Positions 11,454-22,900 are shown, counted from the stretch's first letter. The stretch: DNA of 55,177 nucleotides from Comamonadaceae bacterium (GCA_037133835.1 JBAXNI010000001.1:1-55177); one strand, 5' to 3'. Notes: a model not told the origin generated them from the letters alone. Made by a program: numbers and translations.

Positions 11454-11939
11454 ATGCCCTCTTTTGACACCGTCTGCGAAGCGAATCAGGTAGAAGTGAA
11501 ACACGCCGTGGAAAACAGCGCCAAGGAAATCGGCACGCGATTCGATTTCAAAGGGACGCCAGCGGCGATAGAAATCAAGGATAAGGAGATCACCTTGATT
11601 GGCAATGCCGAATTTCAACTGACGCAGATAGAAGATATTCTGCACAACAAGCTCGCCAAGCGAAGCGTCGACGTGCGCTTTCTGGACCGCGGAGAGATCC
11701 AGAAGATGGGGGGCGACCGGGTCAAACTGGTCATCAAGGTGCGCAACGGCATTGAGGCTGAAGTTTCAAAGAAGATTCAGCGAGCACTCAAGGACAGCAA
11801 GCTCAAGGTTCAATCGGCGATCCAGGAGAGCAAGTTACGGGTGACTGGAGCCAAGCGCGACGATCTTCAGTCCGCCATGGCACTGATTAGAAAAAGCATC
11901 GCCGACCTGCCTTTGAGTTTCGACAATTTTCGCGACTGA
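11454..11939 (+). CDS. yajQ: YajQ family nucleotide-binding protein
   Basis: MPSFD start, [18 protein letters not shown]-terminal NFRD; GGGAG Shine-Dalgarno upstream. Confidence 0.95.
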   Translation: MPSFDTVCEANQVEVKHAVENSAKEIGTRFDFKGTPAAIEIKDKEITLIGNAEFQLTQIEDILHNKLAKRSVDVRFLDRGEIQKMGGDRVKLVIKVRNGIEAEVSKKIQRALKDSKLKVQSAIQESKLRVTGAKRDDLQSAMALIRKSIADLPLSFDNFRD

Positions 11940-11951
11940 CCGATCGCACCC

Positions 11952-12890
11952 GTGACCTTACAGAACGAAGACGAATACCAGGATCTGCTCAGCCTGTGGT
12001 CAGATCTGGAATCGGGTCTGGGCATCATCTTGAACAGTCCGGACAGCATTCAGGAGTTCGAGCAACGCGTCTGGCAATACGACCGCTGGCTGCGCGATCT
12101 GCTCCAGCGCGACCCGGATCTGGGCTTGTATCTGCTGTTCCAGCTCGCGAGCAACTCACCGGTTGGCTACAGTGCATCCCACGCCCTGATCTGTGCCGTT
12201 CTTTGCCACCTGATTGCCCTGGAGCTGGGCTTGCCGGATGCAGAGCGAAACAGTCTCGTCCACGCCGCCATGACCATGAATATCTCGATGACAGCGCTGC
12301 AAGACCAGTTGACCGAACAGACAGACAGGCCAGACCCCCTACAGCAAGAGACGATTTCTGCACATCCGGCCAACAGTTCTGCGACGCTGAGCCGCATCGG
12401 CGTTGCAGATGCACTATGGCTTCAAACCATTGAGATGCATCACGATGAAGCCACCGATAAGGGCGAGTTGCGAGCGGTTTCTCCGGTCCGTCGATTGGCC
12501 CGCATTCTGCGGGTTGTCGATCGCTACGCGGCCCAGATCAGTCCGCGCAAACAACGGGAAGGTCGCAGTGCCACTGAGTCGATCCGCTCGATCATTGCCA
12601 GGTCCACCCAGCCACCCGACGAAGTAGGTCACGCTTTGGTGCGAGCGGTCGGCTTGTGCCCGCCGGGCACGTATGTGCGGCTCGACAGTGGCGACGTGGC
12701 TGTGGTGGTGCGACGCAGTGACCAGCCCAACCTGCCGGAGCTCGCCATTGTCATCAATGAAGAAGGTCTGCTCATCACTCCGGCGCGCCTGCACCGAACC
12801 GCCCGCGGCAGCCCGCGCATCAAGACGGCGTTACCTGCCACCGCAATACGTCAGCGTCTGAACCATCACCGGATCCTGAAACTGGTCTGA
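11952..12890 (+). CDS. HD-GYP-like protein with degenerate active site
   Basis: HD-GYP scaffold recognisable (YSASHA, AHP, HH, ARILRVVDRYAA.ISPR, GLCPPGTYVRL.SG..AVV) but HD reads MN and GYP is absent. Confidence 0.75.
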   Translation: MTLQNEDEYQDLLSLWSDLESGLGIILNSPDSIQEFEQRVWQYDRWLRDLLQRDPDLGLYLLFQLASNSPVGYSASHALICAVLCHLIALELGLPDAERNSLVHAAMTMNISMTALQDQLTEQTDRPDPLQQETISAHPANSSATLSRIGVADALWLQTIEMHHDEATDKGELRAVSPVRRLARILRVVDRYAAQISPRKQREGRSATESIRSIIARSTQPPDEVGHALVRAVGLCPPGTYVRLDSGDVAVVVRRSDQPNLPELAIVINEEGLLITPARLHRTARGSPRIKTALPATAIRQRLNHHRILKLV

Positions 12891-12897
12891 CCGGCGG

Positions 12898-13407
12898 TCA
12901 GCCCAGCCATTTTTGCAGGAACTGCGCCTGGCCCGCAGCCGGGTCGAGCTGATAGTTGTCAAACCCGACGCGCCTGTAGAGCTGCATGGCGCCAGCGTTG
13001 CCGGACAGAACCTCCAGCGTCAATTTGCATGCACCCCTTTCACGCGCGATGCTGTCAACCAGGGCCAGCATCTGCTGTCCAATGCGCTGGCCACGATAGG
13101 CCGGCAAGACCACAACATCGTGAATATTGACCAGTGTCTGACAGGCAAAGGTGGAGAAACCCTCTATGCAGTTGACCAGACCAACGGGTGTTTCATGTCC
13201 TGCGCCCCCGAACGCCAGCACACTGAAGGCCTGCGGCCGCTCGGCCAGAGAACGCACGAGATGGGTCTTCGCAAAGTCGCTCAGTCCGTGGCCGCCCCCC
13301 ATCGGATCCCATGCGTAGGCGTCCAGCAAAGCCACCAGAGCGGTCGCATGCTCCTGATTTTCATAGTCGGCGCGGCAAACGCGCACATCGCCAGATAGAG
13401 CGCTCAT
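12898..13407 (-). CDS. GNAT family N-acetyltransferase
   Basis: NIHDVVV..YRGQRIG acetyl-CoA motif, [13 protein letters not shown]...GF; overlaps the glmM stop (ATGA). Confidence 0.88.
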   Translation of the reverse strand: MSALSGDVRVCRADYENQEHATALVALLDAYAWDPMGGGHGLSDFAKTHLVRSLAERPQAFSVLAFGGAGHETPVGLVNCIEGFSTFACQTLVNIHDVVVLPAYRGQRIGQQMLALVDSIARERGACKLTLEVLSGNAGAMQLYRRVGFDNYQLDPAAGQAQFLQKWLG

Positions 13408-14753
13408 CTCAACGTTGCGGCAATTCGTTCGGCGCAGCTTTGCGCCTGGTCAGCACCGCGCGCCTCCACCATGACGCGGACTAGCGGCTCCGTGCCGCTG
13501 GCGCGAATCAAGACGCGCCCCTGCCCAGCCAGTTCTTCCTCGACCGACCTGGTCATCTCAGCCAGCTGTTCATTGGCTTGCCAATCCTGATCGGGCCTGA
13601 GCCGGACATTGATGAGTACCTGCGGGAAGAGCGTAAGCTCTGCCAGCAGTTGACTCAATGTCTGCCCGCTGCGCAGACACGCCTGCAGTACCTGCAACGC
13701 AGAAATAATGCCATCACCGGTCGTGTGCTTGTCCAGCGCAAGCAGATGGCCAGAGCCTTCGCCGCCCAGGACCCAACCGCGCTTTTCCAGTTCCTCCAGT
13801 ACATAGCGGTCGCCCACCTTGGCACGCACCAACGCAACACCTCGGGCCTTCAGCGCAATCTCGACTGCCATATTCGTCATCAGCGTGCCGACCACGCCGG
13901 GAACCGTCTCTTCGGAGAAACTGCGACTCCGACCGCGCGAGAGACGCTCCTTCACCATCAGATAAAGTATTTCATCGCCATTGAACAGGCGCCCTTCAGC
14001 GTCGACCAGTTGCAGCCGATCAGCATCGCCATCGAGCGCAATGCCAAACTGCGCACCGCTGCTCTGGACTGCCGTGACCAATGCCTTCGGATGGGTCGCA
14101 CCAACTTCGTGATTGATATTCAAACCATCGGGCGCACAACCAATGGCAACGACCTCGGCACCCAATTCGTGAAAGACCATGGGTGCGATGTGATAAGCCG
14201 CGCCATGCGCTGCATCGACCACAATTTTCACGCCGCGCAAAGTCAGGTCGTGTGCAAACGTACTCTTGCAGAATTCAATGTAGCGCCCTGCTGCATCGTC
14301 AAGTCGACGTGTTTTGCCCAGGTTGTCGGAGTCAGCCCAAACCGGAGCCTCCTCCAGCGCTGCCTCGACCTCTGACTCCCAAGCGTCGGAGAGTTTGCTA
14401 CCCTGCGCGCTGAAAAACTTGATGCCATTGTCAGCAAAAGGATTGTGACTGGCGCTGATAACCACGCCAAGAGAAGCACGCTGCGCGCGCGTCAGATAGG
14501 CAACACCAGGCGTAGGCAATGGGCCAAGTAGCACAACATCGACACCGGCAGAGTTGAATCCGCTCTCCAGTGCGCTCTCCAGCATGTAGCCCGAGATCCG
14601 CGTGTCCTTGCCAATCAAGACAGTGGGACGAGCTTCCGATCGTTTCAAAACGCGCCCCACCGCATGTGCCAGGCGCAGGACAAAATCCGGCGTAATTGGC
14701 GCATGACCAACCGTCCCCCGAATACCATCCGTACCAAAATATTTTCTGCTCAT
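13404..14753 (-). CDS. glmM: Phosphoglucosamine mutase
   Basis: [17 protein letters not shown] (phospho-Ser), DGDADR, RASGTEP. Confidence 0.97.
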   Translation of the reverse strand: MSRKYFGTDGIRGTVGHAPITPDFVLRLAHAVGRVLKRSEARPTVLIGKDTRISGYMLESALESGFNSAGVDVVLLGPLPTPGVAYLTRAQRASLGVVISASHNPFADNGIKFFSAQGSKLSDAWESEVEAALEEAPVWADSDNLGKTRRLDDAAGRYIEFCKSTFAHDLTLRGVKIVVDAAHGAAYHIAPMVFHELGAEVVAIGCAPDGLNINHEVGATHPKALVTAVQSSGAQFGIALDGDADRLQLVDAEGRLFNGDEILYLMVKERLSRGRSRSFSEETVPGVVGTLMTNMAVEIALKARGVALVRAKVGDRYVLEELEKRGWVLGGEGSGHLLALDKHTTGDGIISALQVLQACLRSGQTLSQLLAELTLFPQVLINVRLRPDQDWQANEQLAEMTRSVEEELAGQGRVLIRASGTEPLVRVMVEARGADQAQSCAERIAATLR

Positions 14754-14792
14754 TTCTTCCCTTTCGATCGAGTTGACGCCATCGTCTGCGGC

Positions 14793-15659
14793 CTATCTTA
14801 TAGCGTTCAATACCCTGAGTGCCTGAACTGTCTCCAGCACATCGTGCACTCGCAAAATCGAAGCACCACGCTCCACGGCCAGCACCGCCGCTGTTACGCT
14901 GGCTACAACACGCCCATCCAGATCAGCACGCATTGTGGAGCCGCTGGCGACACCCGCACAGGCAGCCAGCGAGGACTTGCGCGACCAGCCAAGCAACAAG
15001 GGGAAGCCGGCGTCAAGCAACTCCTTCTGCCTTGATAACAGCGCAAAATTCTGCGCAGCCGTCTTGCCAAAGCCAACGCCGGGATCGACGACGATGCGGA
15101 TCTTCTCGACACCGGAGCGTTGCAACTCGCTGGCCGCTTCGTGCAGGAAGAGTCTTACCTGCGCAACAGCATCACCTTGCATCGCAAACAAATGCATGCT
15201 CGACGGCTCGCCATTCATGTGCATCAAACAGATACCGCAAGCAGGGTGACGAGCAATGACCTGCGTTGCAGTCAGCGCATCAGCCGCTGGCTCGTGCCAA
15301 CGCAAGGCCCAAACGTCGTTGATGATGTCAGCACCCAGATCGAGAGCAACCTGCATCACGCCAGGCTTGTATGTGTCTACGGAGACTGGTACACCCAAGG
15401 TGACGGCTTCGCGAAGCACCGGCACCAGTCGCCGAAGTTCTTCATCCTCTGTCACGGCGTTGGCGCCCGGTCGCGTCGACTCTGCACCGATGTCCAGTAT
15501 GTCAGCACCGTCGCGCAGAAGCCTTTGACAATGCTGCAGAGCTGCGCTGACGCCGTGATGCAGACCACCGTCAGAGAATGAGTCCGGCGTCAGGTTGACG
15601 ATACCCATGACTTTGGGCATCGACAGATCAAGAACAGATCTTGCAGTCTTCCATTTCAT
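14793..15659 (-). CDS. folP: Dihydropteroate synthase
   Basis: MGIVNLTPDSFSDGG, DIGAESTRPGA, SVDTYK, DPGVGFGK, GWSRKS, RVHDV. Confidence 0.96.
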   Translation of the reverse strand: MKWKTARSVLDLSMPKVMGIVNLTPDSFSDGGLHHGVSAALQHCQRLLRDGADILDIGAESTRPGANAVTEDEELRRLVPVLREAVTLGVPVSVDTYKPGVMQVALDLGADIINDVWALRWHEPAADALTATQVIARHPACGICLMHMNGEPSSMHLFAMQGDAVAQVRLFLHEAASELQRSGVEKIRIVVDPGVGFGKTAAQNFALLSRQKELLDAGFPLLLGWSRKSSLAACAGVASGSTMRADLDGRVVASVTAAVLAVERGASILRVHDVLETVQALRVLNAIR

Positions 15660-15686
15660 GAAAAAGAACGGGGCATTTCTGCCCCG
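15660..15686 (-). terminator. Intrinsic terminator-like hairpin between ftsH and folP
   Basis: Minus strand CGGGGCA-GAAA-TGCCCCG followed by TTCTTTTTC. Confidence 0.7.
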
Positions 15687-15708
15687 CTACCGTCAGCGTT
15701 GAGCCAGC

Positions 15709-17628
15709 TCAAGCAGCCGTGGGCGCCGTGTCGGTCTTGACGGCCGGTGTACCCCCGCCAGTCCCATCACTGCCCGCCGCCGGGACGCGTGGCGTCCAGT
15801 CCTTTGGTGGACGCGGCTCCTTGCCCGCCATGATGTCATCGATCTGGTCGCTGTCTATGGTTTCCCATTCGAGCAAAGCGCTGGCCATGGCGTGAATCTT
15901 GTCCTGATTGTCTTCAATGAGCTTGCGCGCCTGGCTGTACTGCTGGTCAATGATGCGCCGTACCTCTGCATCAACCTTTTGCATGGTCTCTTCACTCATA
16001 TTGGTGGTTTTCGTCACCGAGCGGCCAAGAAAAACCTCACCCTCGTTGTCCGCATAGACCATGGGGCCAAGGGCATCGGTCATACCGTAGCGTGTAACCA
16101 TATCGCGAGCGATGTGGGTTGCGCGTTCAAAATCGTTGCTGGCACCCGTGGTCATCTGGTGCATGAAAACCTCCTCGGCGATCCGGCCACCAAACAGCAT
16201 GCTGATTTGATGCAGCATGTAGTCGCTGTCGTAGCTGTAGCGATCCTGCGCCGGCAGGCTCATGGTCACACCCAAAGCGCGCCCACGCGGAATGATCGTC
16301 ACCTTGTGAACCGGGTCGCATTTGGCAAGCAACTTGCCTATCAATGCATGGCCTGACTCGTGATACGCCGTGTTCCTGCGTTCACTCTCTGGCATCACCA
16401 TGCTCTTGCGCTCCGGCCCCATCAGAATCTTGTCTTTTGCCTTCTCAAAATCCTGCATTTCCACGGTACGCGCACTGCGCCGCGCCGCCATCAGTGCCGC
16501 CTCATTGCAAAGGTTTGCAAGGTCAGCACCTGACATGCCAGGTGTGCCTCGTGCAATCACCCCCGGATTGACATCCTGACCCAAGGGCACCTTGCGCATG
16601 TGCACATTGAGAATCTGTTCACGACCCCTGATATCGGGCAAAGTGACATAAACCTGCCTATCAAAGCGCCCCGGGCGCAACAGGGCGGAATCAAGAATGT
16701 CGGGACGATTGGTCGCCGCCACCACGATCACACCGACATTGGTCTCGAAGCCATCCATCTCGACCAGCATCTGATTGAGCGTCTGCTCGCGTTCGTCATT
16801 GCCACCACCCAGACCGGCACCACGTTGCCGTCCAACGGCGTCGATTTCGTCAATAAAGATGATGCAGGGGGCGTTCTTCTTTGCGTTGTCAAACATGTCG
16901 CGTACCCGCGCCGCGCCCACGCCGACAAACATCTCGACAAAGTCAGAGCCGCTGATGCTGAAAAACGGTACTTTGGCTTCGCCTGCAATTCCTTTGGCCA
17001 ACAGCGTCTTGCCGGTGCCCGGTGGGCCTACCAGCAACAAGCCGCGCGGAATTCGGCCGCCGAGCTTCTGGAACTTGGCCGGATCTTTCAGGAAATCGAC
17101 TACTTCCTTGACTTCCTCTTTGGCCTCGTCGCAACCAGCGACATCGGCAAAGGTAACCTGATTCGTATTTTCATCGAGCATGCGCGCCTTGCTCTTGCCA
17201 AAGCTGAAGGCACCACCTTTGCCGCCGCCCTGCATCTGACGCATGAAATAAATCCAGACGCCAATCAGCAACAGCATCGGACCCCAACTGACCAGCAGCG
17301 TCATGAGGAGTGAGCCCTCTTCGCGCGCCTTGACGTCAAACTTGACGCCATTGGCGATCAGGTCACCGACGAGACCTCGATCAAGGTAGGTGGCAGTGGT
17401 CCGGACTTTGCGATCATCCGTGGTGACTGCGATGATTTCAGTGCCGCCCTGACCTTCCTGAATGATGGCGCTCTTGATGCGCTTGCCCCGAACTTCCTCC
17501 AGAAAATCGGAGTACCCAAGATTGCCGGCGCCGGCAGGCCCCCGGGTTTCAAACTGTTTGAACACAGTGAAGAGCACAAGCGCAATAACAAGCCAGACGG
17601 CAATTTTCGAGAACCACTGATTATTCAA
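15709..17628 (-). CDS. ftsH: ATP-dependent zinc metalloprotease FtsH
   Basis: Two TM segments, Walker A GPPGTGKT, Walker [27 protein letters not shown] zinc motif; TTG start with GGAG Shine-Dalgarno. Confidence 0.98.
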   Translation of the reverse strand: MNNQWFSKIAVWLVIALVLFTVFKQFETRGPAGAGNLGYSDFLEEVRGKRIKSAIIQEGQGGTEIIAVTTDDRKVRTTATYLDRGLVGDLIANGVKFDVKAREEGSLLMTLLVSWGPMLLLIGVWIYFMRQMQGGGKGGAFSFGKSKARMLDENTNQVTFADVAGCDEAKEEVKEVVDFLKDPAKFQKLGGRIPRGLLLVGPPGTGKTLLAKGIAGEAKVPFFSISGSDFVEMFVGVGAARVRDMFDNAKKNAPCIIFIDEIDAVGRQRGAGLGGGNDEREQTLNQMLVEMDGFETNVGVIVVAATNRPDILDSALLRPGRFDRQVYVTLPDIRGREQILNVHMRKVPLGQDVNPGVIARGTPGMSGADLANLCNEAALMAARRSARTVEMQDFEKAKDKILMGPERKSMVMPESERRNTAYHESGHALIGKLLAKCDPVHKVTIIPRGRALGVTMSLPAQDRYSYDSDYMLHQISMLFGGRIAEEVFMHQMTTGASNDFERATHIARDMVTRYGMTDALGPMVYADNEGEVFLGRSVTKTTNMSEETMQKVDAEVRRIIDQQYSQARKLIEDNQDKIHAMASALLEWETIDSDQIDDIMAGKEPRPPKDWTPRVPAAGSDGTGGGTPAVKTDTAPTAA

Positions 17629-17668
17629 GCGAGGCTCCAGTAGGGCAGCAAACAGACGGACGATACAC

Positions 17669-17696
17669 AGTTGGGCACCATTTTAGGCGTTTCAAG
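17669..17696 (-). promoter_or_regulatory. Putative sigma32 (RpoH) promoter for ftsH
   Basis: CTTGAAA-N13-GCCCAACT versus consensus CTTGAAA-N13/14-CCCCATNT; ftsH is a known heat-shock gene. Confidence 0.55.
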
Positions 17697-17743
17697 ACAG
17701 CCCAGCGACGCCTCCCGGGTTTTACGCCTATACGGTGCAGGCT

Positions 17744-18418
17744 TCAAGGCCTCCTTAAACCGGTGCCAACCAGAAAGGTTTCGGCAGACTTGTCGCGCGA
17801 GGCCTTGGGCTTGATGCGTTTGACGACCATAAAGACCTCCTGGAAGCGCTTGAAAAGTACGTCATAAGCTGCGCCGTGAAAAACCTTGGCGACCAGGGTT
17901 CCGCGCCCCTTCATGTGGGTCTGCGCGAAATCCAGCGCCAGTTCGACCAGGTTTTCGATTCGCGCAGCGTCAGCCGACGCAATGCCAGACAGATTGGGTG
18001 CCATGTCGGACACGACCACATCGGCTTGACGGCCCTGCATTTCGTTGGTCAGGCGCTGCAAGACCTCGGGCTCACGAAAATCACCCAACAGGAAGACGAC
18101 CCCCTCAACCGGTTCCATAGGCAGAATATCGAGCGCAATAATGCTGCCATTGAGTTCCCCTGCCGCAGCGCCGCCACGAACAGCCGTTCTGGGTGACATC
18201 TTGCGCCGCACATACTGGCTCCAGGCGCCAGGCGTCGAGCCCAGATCGACCACCAGCTGACCCGGTTGGATCAAGCCCAGCGACTCGTCAATCTCCTTCA
18301 GCTTGTAGGCGGCGCGCGCCCTGTAACCTTCAAGCTTGGCAAGCTTGACGTACGGGTCGTTGACATGATCGTTGATCCACGCCCGGTTGACCTTGCTGCC
18401 TTTGACTTTGTCTTTCAT
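17744..18418 (-). CDS. rlmE: 23S rRNA Um2552 methyltransferase
   Basis: GYRARAAYKL, VDLGSTPGAWSQ, SDMAPNLSG, KPKASRDKSAE; start may be the GTG at 18424. Confidence 0.95.
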   Translation of the reverse strand: MKDKVKGSKVNRAWINDHVNDPYVKLAKLEGYRARAAYKLKEIDESLGLIQPGQLVVDLGSTPGAWSQYVRRKMSPRTAVRGGAAAGELNGSIIALDILPMEPVEGVVFLLGDFREPEVLQRLTNEMQGRQADVVVSDMAPNLSGIASADAARIENLVELALDFAQTHMKGRGTLVAKVFHGAAYDVLFKRFQEVFMVVKRIKPKASRDKSAETFLVGTGLRRP

Positions 18419-18446
18419 TTTCACCTTCGTGACCGATAATAGCGCC

Positions 18447-18920
18447 ATGCCGCAAATTCAATTGACCCCTGCCCAACGCAAAGAATATCGCGCCCAGGCG
18501 CATCACCTTGACCCTGTCGTCATGGTGGGCGGCGACGGCTTGAGCCCCGCTGTGAAAAAAGAAGCCGACGCGGCCCTGAACGCACACGGATTGATCAAAG
18601 TGCGCATTTTTTCCGATGACCGCGCAGCGCGCGAAACCATGTTCCAGAATCTCGCTGACGAACTGAACGCAGCACCGATCCAGCATATTGGCAAGTTGCT
18701 CGTGCTGTGGCGGCCACCGCCGGCGCGCGAAAAGACCGTTGATGGCGATCGCATGCCTGGTCCGCGTGACTTCAAAGTGCTCAAGTACAGCACACGCGGT
18801 GGCCAGCGCCCCGAAGTGAAGACGCTCAGGGTGCTGGGCAATCAGCGTTTGACCGCAGGCGGCCAGGTGAAACGCTCGAAACCCAAGCAAATCAGCATCA
18901 AGAAGCGCAGTCAGACCTGA
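18447..18920 (+). CDS. yhbY: YhbY (CRM domain) RNA-binding protein
   Basis: AHHLDPVVMVG..GL, HGLIKVRI, IQHIGKLLVLWR; divergent from rlmE; basic C-terminal tail. Confidence 0.9.
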   Translation: MPQIQLTPAQRKEYRAQAHHLDPVVMVGGDGLSPAVKKEADAALNAHGLIKVRIFSDDRAARETMFQNLADELNAAPIQHIGKLLVLWRPPPAREKTVDGDRMPGPRDFKVLKYSTRGGQRPEVKTLRVLGNQRLTAGGQVKRSKPKQISIKKRSQT

Positions 18921-18931
18921 ACGCGAACCCC

Positions 18932-19348
18932 TCATTCGATCGACGCCGGCGGCGTCAATTTCCAGAATGCAAGCGAGACGAACAAGAACTGCAGCGCATA
19001 CATCGCGCTCCCGATGCCGTGCCAGAGACGCAAATTCTCACGCGCCACTATGCGTGGCGCGACCGCAAATTCAGACAACAATGCCAGCAACATGCCAGCC
19101 ATGATGAACATCAGGACAGCGGGCGAAAGAAGCACTGGCGAGGTCCGCCGCCGGGATTGCCCGCTGAGCAGAAGCACGAGACCGCACAGCAGCGAAATCC
19201 ATGTTTGCGCCTGAAACAGTCCAGCAGCCATGTTGCCTGCCATTGCCGGTGTCGGCAGACGTGCAAATAGCAGCGGAACCACCAGAAAGCCGATCAGTCC
19301 CAGGCTGCTCCACCACAGGGCAATGCCCCAATGTGCAAGACGCGTCAT
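18932..19348 (-). CDS. Small membrane protein, DUF4149-like
   Basis: Four hydrophobic segments, VVPLLF..L...AG.MA..LF, WHG; downstream of greA. Confidence 0.7.
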   Translation of the reverse strand: MTRLAHWGIALWWSSLGLIGFLVVPLLFARLPTPAMAGNMAAGLFQAQTWISLLCGLVLLLSGQSRRRTSPVLLSPAVLMFIMAGMLLALLSEFAVAPRIVARENLRLWHGIGSAMYALQFLFVSLAFWKLTPPASIE

Positions 19349-19352
19349 CGAT

Positions 19353-19829
19353 TCAAATGTAGCTGACTGCCACCACCTCGTAGTGCCTGGCCCCACCCGG
19401 CGCCTGCACTTCAACGCTATCGCCCTCTTCCTTGCCAATCAAGGCGCGGGCAATCGGACTGCCGATATTGATCAACCCGAGCTTGATATCGGCCTCGTCT
19501 TCACCGACGATCTGGTAGGTGACCTGACTTCCCGAGGCTTCGTCTTCAAGAGTCACAGTGGCGCCAAAGACAACGCGCCCCCCGGCATTGAGTTCAGAGG
19601 GGTCGATGATCTGGCTGGCAGACAGTTTGCCTTCGACCTCCTGGATACGGCCCTCAATGAAACCCTGGCGGTCCTTGGCAACCTCGTACTCTGCGTTTTC
19701 ACTCAGATCGCCCTGCGCGCGTGCTTCGGCAATCGCATTAATGACTGATGGTCGATCAACCGTCTTGAGTTTCTGCAACTCAGCCTTGAGCTTTTCAGCG
19801 CCGCGTTTCGTAATGGGTATGGTAGCCAC
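19353..19829 (-). CDS. greA: Transcription elongation factor GreA
   Basis: [34 protein letters not shown]; GTG start with GGAG Shine-Dalgarno. Confidence 0.96.
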   Translation of the reverse strand: MATIPITKRGAEKLKAELQKLKTVDRPSVINAIAEARAQGDLSENAEYEVAKDRQGFIEGRIQEVEGKLSASQIIDPSELNAGGRVVFGATVTLEDEASGSQVTYQIVGEDEADIKLGLINIGSPIARALIGKEEGDSVEVQAPGGARHYEVVAVSYI

Positions 19830-19853
19830 TTGCTGCTCCGTTATGGATTGCAC

Positions 19854-19887
19854 AAAAGGAAACCGCCGAACGTTGCCGTTCGGCGGT
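19854..19887 (-). terminator. Hairpin terminator/attenuator between carB and greA
   Basis: Perfect 11-bp stem ACCGCCGAACG-GCAA-CGTTCGGCGGT, then TTCCTTTT on the minus strand. Confidence 0.75.
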
Positions 19888-19921
19888 AGGGCTCGATTAT
19901 GCCGTGAATGTCAGTTCCAAA

Positions 19922-22900
19922 TCAATCATTTGCCAGTTGCGCATGCATATCCTGCAGCGAAATCACGTCCAGGTGGTCCACGTGTGGCATGCCCTGTACC
20001 GCAGCTTCGGCGCCGGCGATGGTCGTAAACGTGGTAACCCGTGCCAGCAGAGCCGAAGTGCGAATCTGCCGGGAGTCAGCGATGGCGTTGCGGCGCTCCT
20101 CAACGGTATGAATGACCATCACAATTTCATTGTTCTTGATCATGTCCACAATATGCGGACGCCCCTCCGTCACCTTGTTCACGACGGTGCAGGAGAGACC
20201 TGCGGCGTTGATGGAAGCCGCCGTACCTTTGGTTGCCAGCACCGCAAATCCCATGGCAGCCAGAGCGCGGGCCACTTCGACGGCACGTGGTTTGTCGTGG
20301 CCCTTGACCGAAATAAAGACCTTGCCAGAAGATTCGCCCTGAATCGCGGATGGTCTGGGTAGTTTGGTCCCGGCGCCAATCTGCGATTTGACGAAGGCCT
20401 CGCCAAACGTCCTGCCAACGCCCATGACCTCACCGGTCGATTTCATCTCGGGTCCAAGAATGGTGTCGACGCCGGGAAACTTGACGAATGGAAAGACGGC
20501 TTCCTTCACGCTGAAATAGGGTGGTGTCACCTCGGTACGAATTCCCTGCGATGCCAGAGACTGTCCGACCATACAACGGGCGGCCACTTTGGCGAGCTGA
20601 ATTCCTGTGGCTTTGGATACAAATGGAACGGTGCGCGATGCGCGTGGATTCACCTCAAGCACGTAGATCACGTCCTTGCCATCGATGTTTTGAATGGCGA
20701 ACTGCACGTTCATCAAGCCGACCACCTCAAGTGCACAAGCCATGGCAGCCGTCTGGCGCTTGATCTCGGCGACCGTGGCGCCGGACAAGCTGTAGGGGGG
20801 CAGCGAACAGGCCGAGTCTCCACTGTGCACACCAGCTTGCTCGATGTGTTCCATGACGCCACCGATGAAGGTCCGTCCCACTTCCGTCGACGAACCGGAA
20901 TCACGCAGGCAGTCCACATCGCACTCAATCGCATCGTTAAGAAATCGATCGAGCAGCACGGGCGAATCATGGCTGACTTTGACTGCTTCGCGCATATAGC
21001 GCTCCAGGTCGCGCTGCTCGTGCACTATCTCCATGGCCCGACCACCCAGTACATAGCTCGGACGAACCACCAGCGGGTAGCCCAGAGCAGCCGCCTTTTC
21101 CAACGCCTCCGGCTCCGTCCGCGCAGTTGCGTTGGACGGCTGACGCAGACCGAGCGTATGCAGCAACTGCTGGAAGCGCTCGCGGTCCTCTGCAGCGTCG
21201 ATCATGTCGGGAGAAGTTCCAATGATCGGAACGCCATTGGCCTCCAGACCCAGCGCGAGTTTCAGGGGTGTTTGACCTCCATACTGCACGATCACGCCCA
21301 AGGGCTTTTCCTTGTCGACGATCTCCAGCACATCCTCAAGCGTGAGTGGTTCGAAATACAGGCGATCTGAAGTGTCGTAATCCGTAGATACCGTCTCGGG
21401 GTTGCAGTTGACCATGATGGTCTCATAGCCATCCTCGCGCAGCGCCAGCGCCGCATGCACGCAGCAGTAGTCAAACTCGATGCCCTGACCGATCCGGTTC
21501 GGACCGCCACCGAGCACCATGATCTTCTTTCTGTCGGTTGGCGCCGCTTCGCATTCCGCGCCCTCTGCCTCGTAAGTCGAGTACATGTAGGCCGTATTGG
21601 TCGAAAACTCGGCGGCGCAAGTGTCGACCCGCTTGTAAACCGGGCGCACACCCAGGGCGTGGCGCCTTTCCCGAACGGCAGTGTCTGTTGTCTTGAACTG
21701 GCGCGCCAGTCGACGGTCGGAAAAGCCTTTTTGCTTCAATGCCCGCAGCGTTGCCGCATCGATGCCGTCCAGAGCGCTTCTACCCGCAGCGGCCGGCAAC
21801 CGTTCAATTTCCAGTTCAATCTTGACAATTTGTTCGATTTGCACCAAAAACCAGCGGTCAATGCGGGTCAATGCAAACACTTCCTCGACACTCCAGCCGG
21901 CAGCGAATGCGTCGCCTACGTACCAGATCCTGTCCGGACCCGGCTCGCCCAGTTCTTTCTCCAGCAATTCCCTGTCCTGCGTCTTTTCATTCATGCCGTC
22001 GACGCCAACTTCCAGACCTCGCAGGGCCTTCTGGAACGACTCCTGAAAGGTTCTACCAATCGCCATCACCTCGCCCACAGACTTCATTTGTGTCGTCAGG
22101 CGACTGTTGGCAGCTGGGAATTTTTCGAAGGCAAAGCGCGGAATCTTGGTTACCACGTAATCAATGCTCGGCTCAAAACTCGCAGGCGTAGCACCGCCTG
22201 TGATCTCATTGCGCAACTCATCCAGTGTGTACCCCACGGCGAGTTTCGCAGCCACCTTGGCGATCGGAAACCCGGTCGCTTTGGAGGCAAGTGCGGAGGA
22301 ACGCGAAACACGCGGATTCATCTCAATGACGACCATGCGCCCGTCGTCCGGATTGATGGCGAACTGCACGTTCGAGCCACCGGTATCTACGCCGATTTCG
22401 CGCAGCACAGCCAGACTGGCGTTACGCAATATCTGGTATTCCTTGTCGCTCAAGGTCTGGGCAGGCGCCACCGTGATGGAATCTCCTGTGTGCACGCCCA
22501 TTGGGTCGAGATTCTCGATGGAGCAAACAATGATGCAGTTGTCCGCCTTGTCGCGCACCACCTCCATCTCGAATTCTTTCCAGCCCAGAAGTGACTCTTC
22601 GATCAGCAATTCGTTGGTCGGCGACGCTTCCAGACCGCGCTTGCAGATCACCTCAAATTCTTCCGCGTTGTAGGCGATGCCGCCGCCCGTCCCACCGAGC
22701 GTAAAACTGGGCCGAATGACGGTCGGAAAGCCCACCGTCTTCTGCACGGCCCAGGCGTCCTGCATGGAATGCGCGATGCCGGAGCGGGCCGATGAGAGCC
22801 CGATGCTGGTCATCGCATCCTTGAACTTCAAGCGATCTTCGGCCTTGTCGATCGCCTGGGGGCTGGCGCCGATCAACTCAACCTGATAGCGCTCCAGCAC

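Noticed and set aside
12888-12900. Dyad TGACC-GGC-GGTCA between the HD-GYP-like and GNAT genes
   Set aside because: Mostly formed by the two convergent stop codons; too short and lacks a U-tract.
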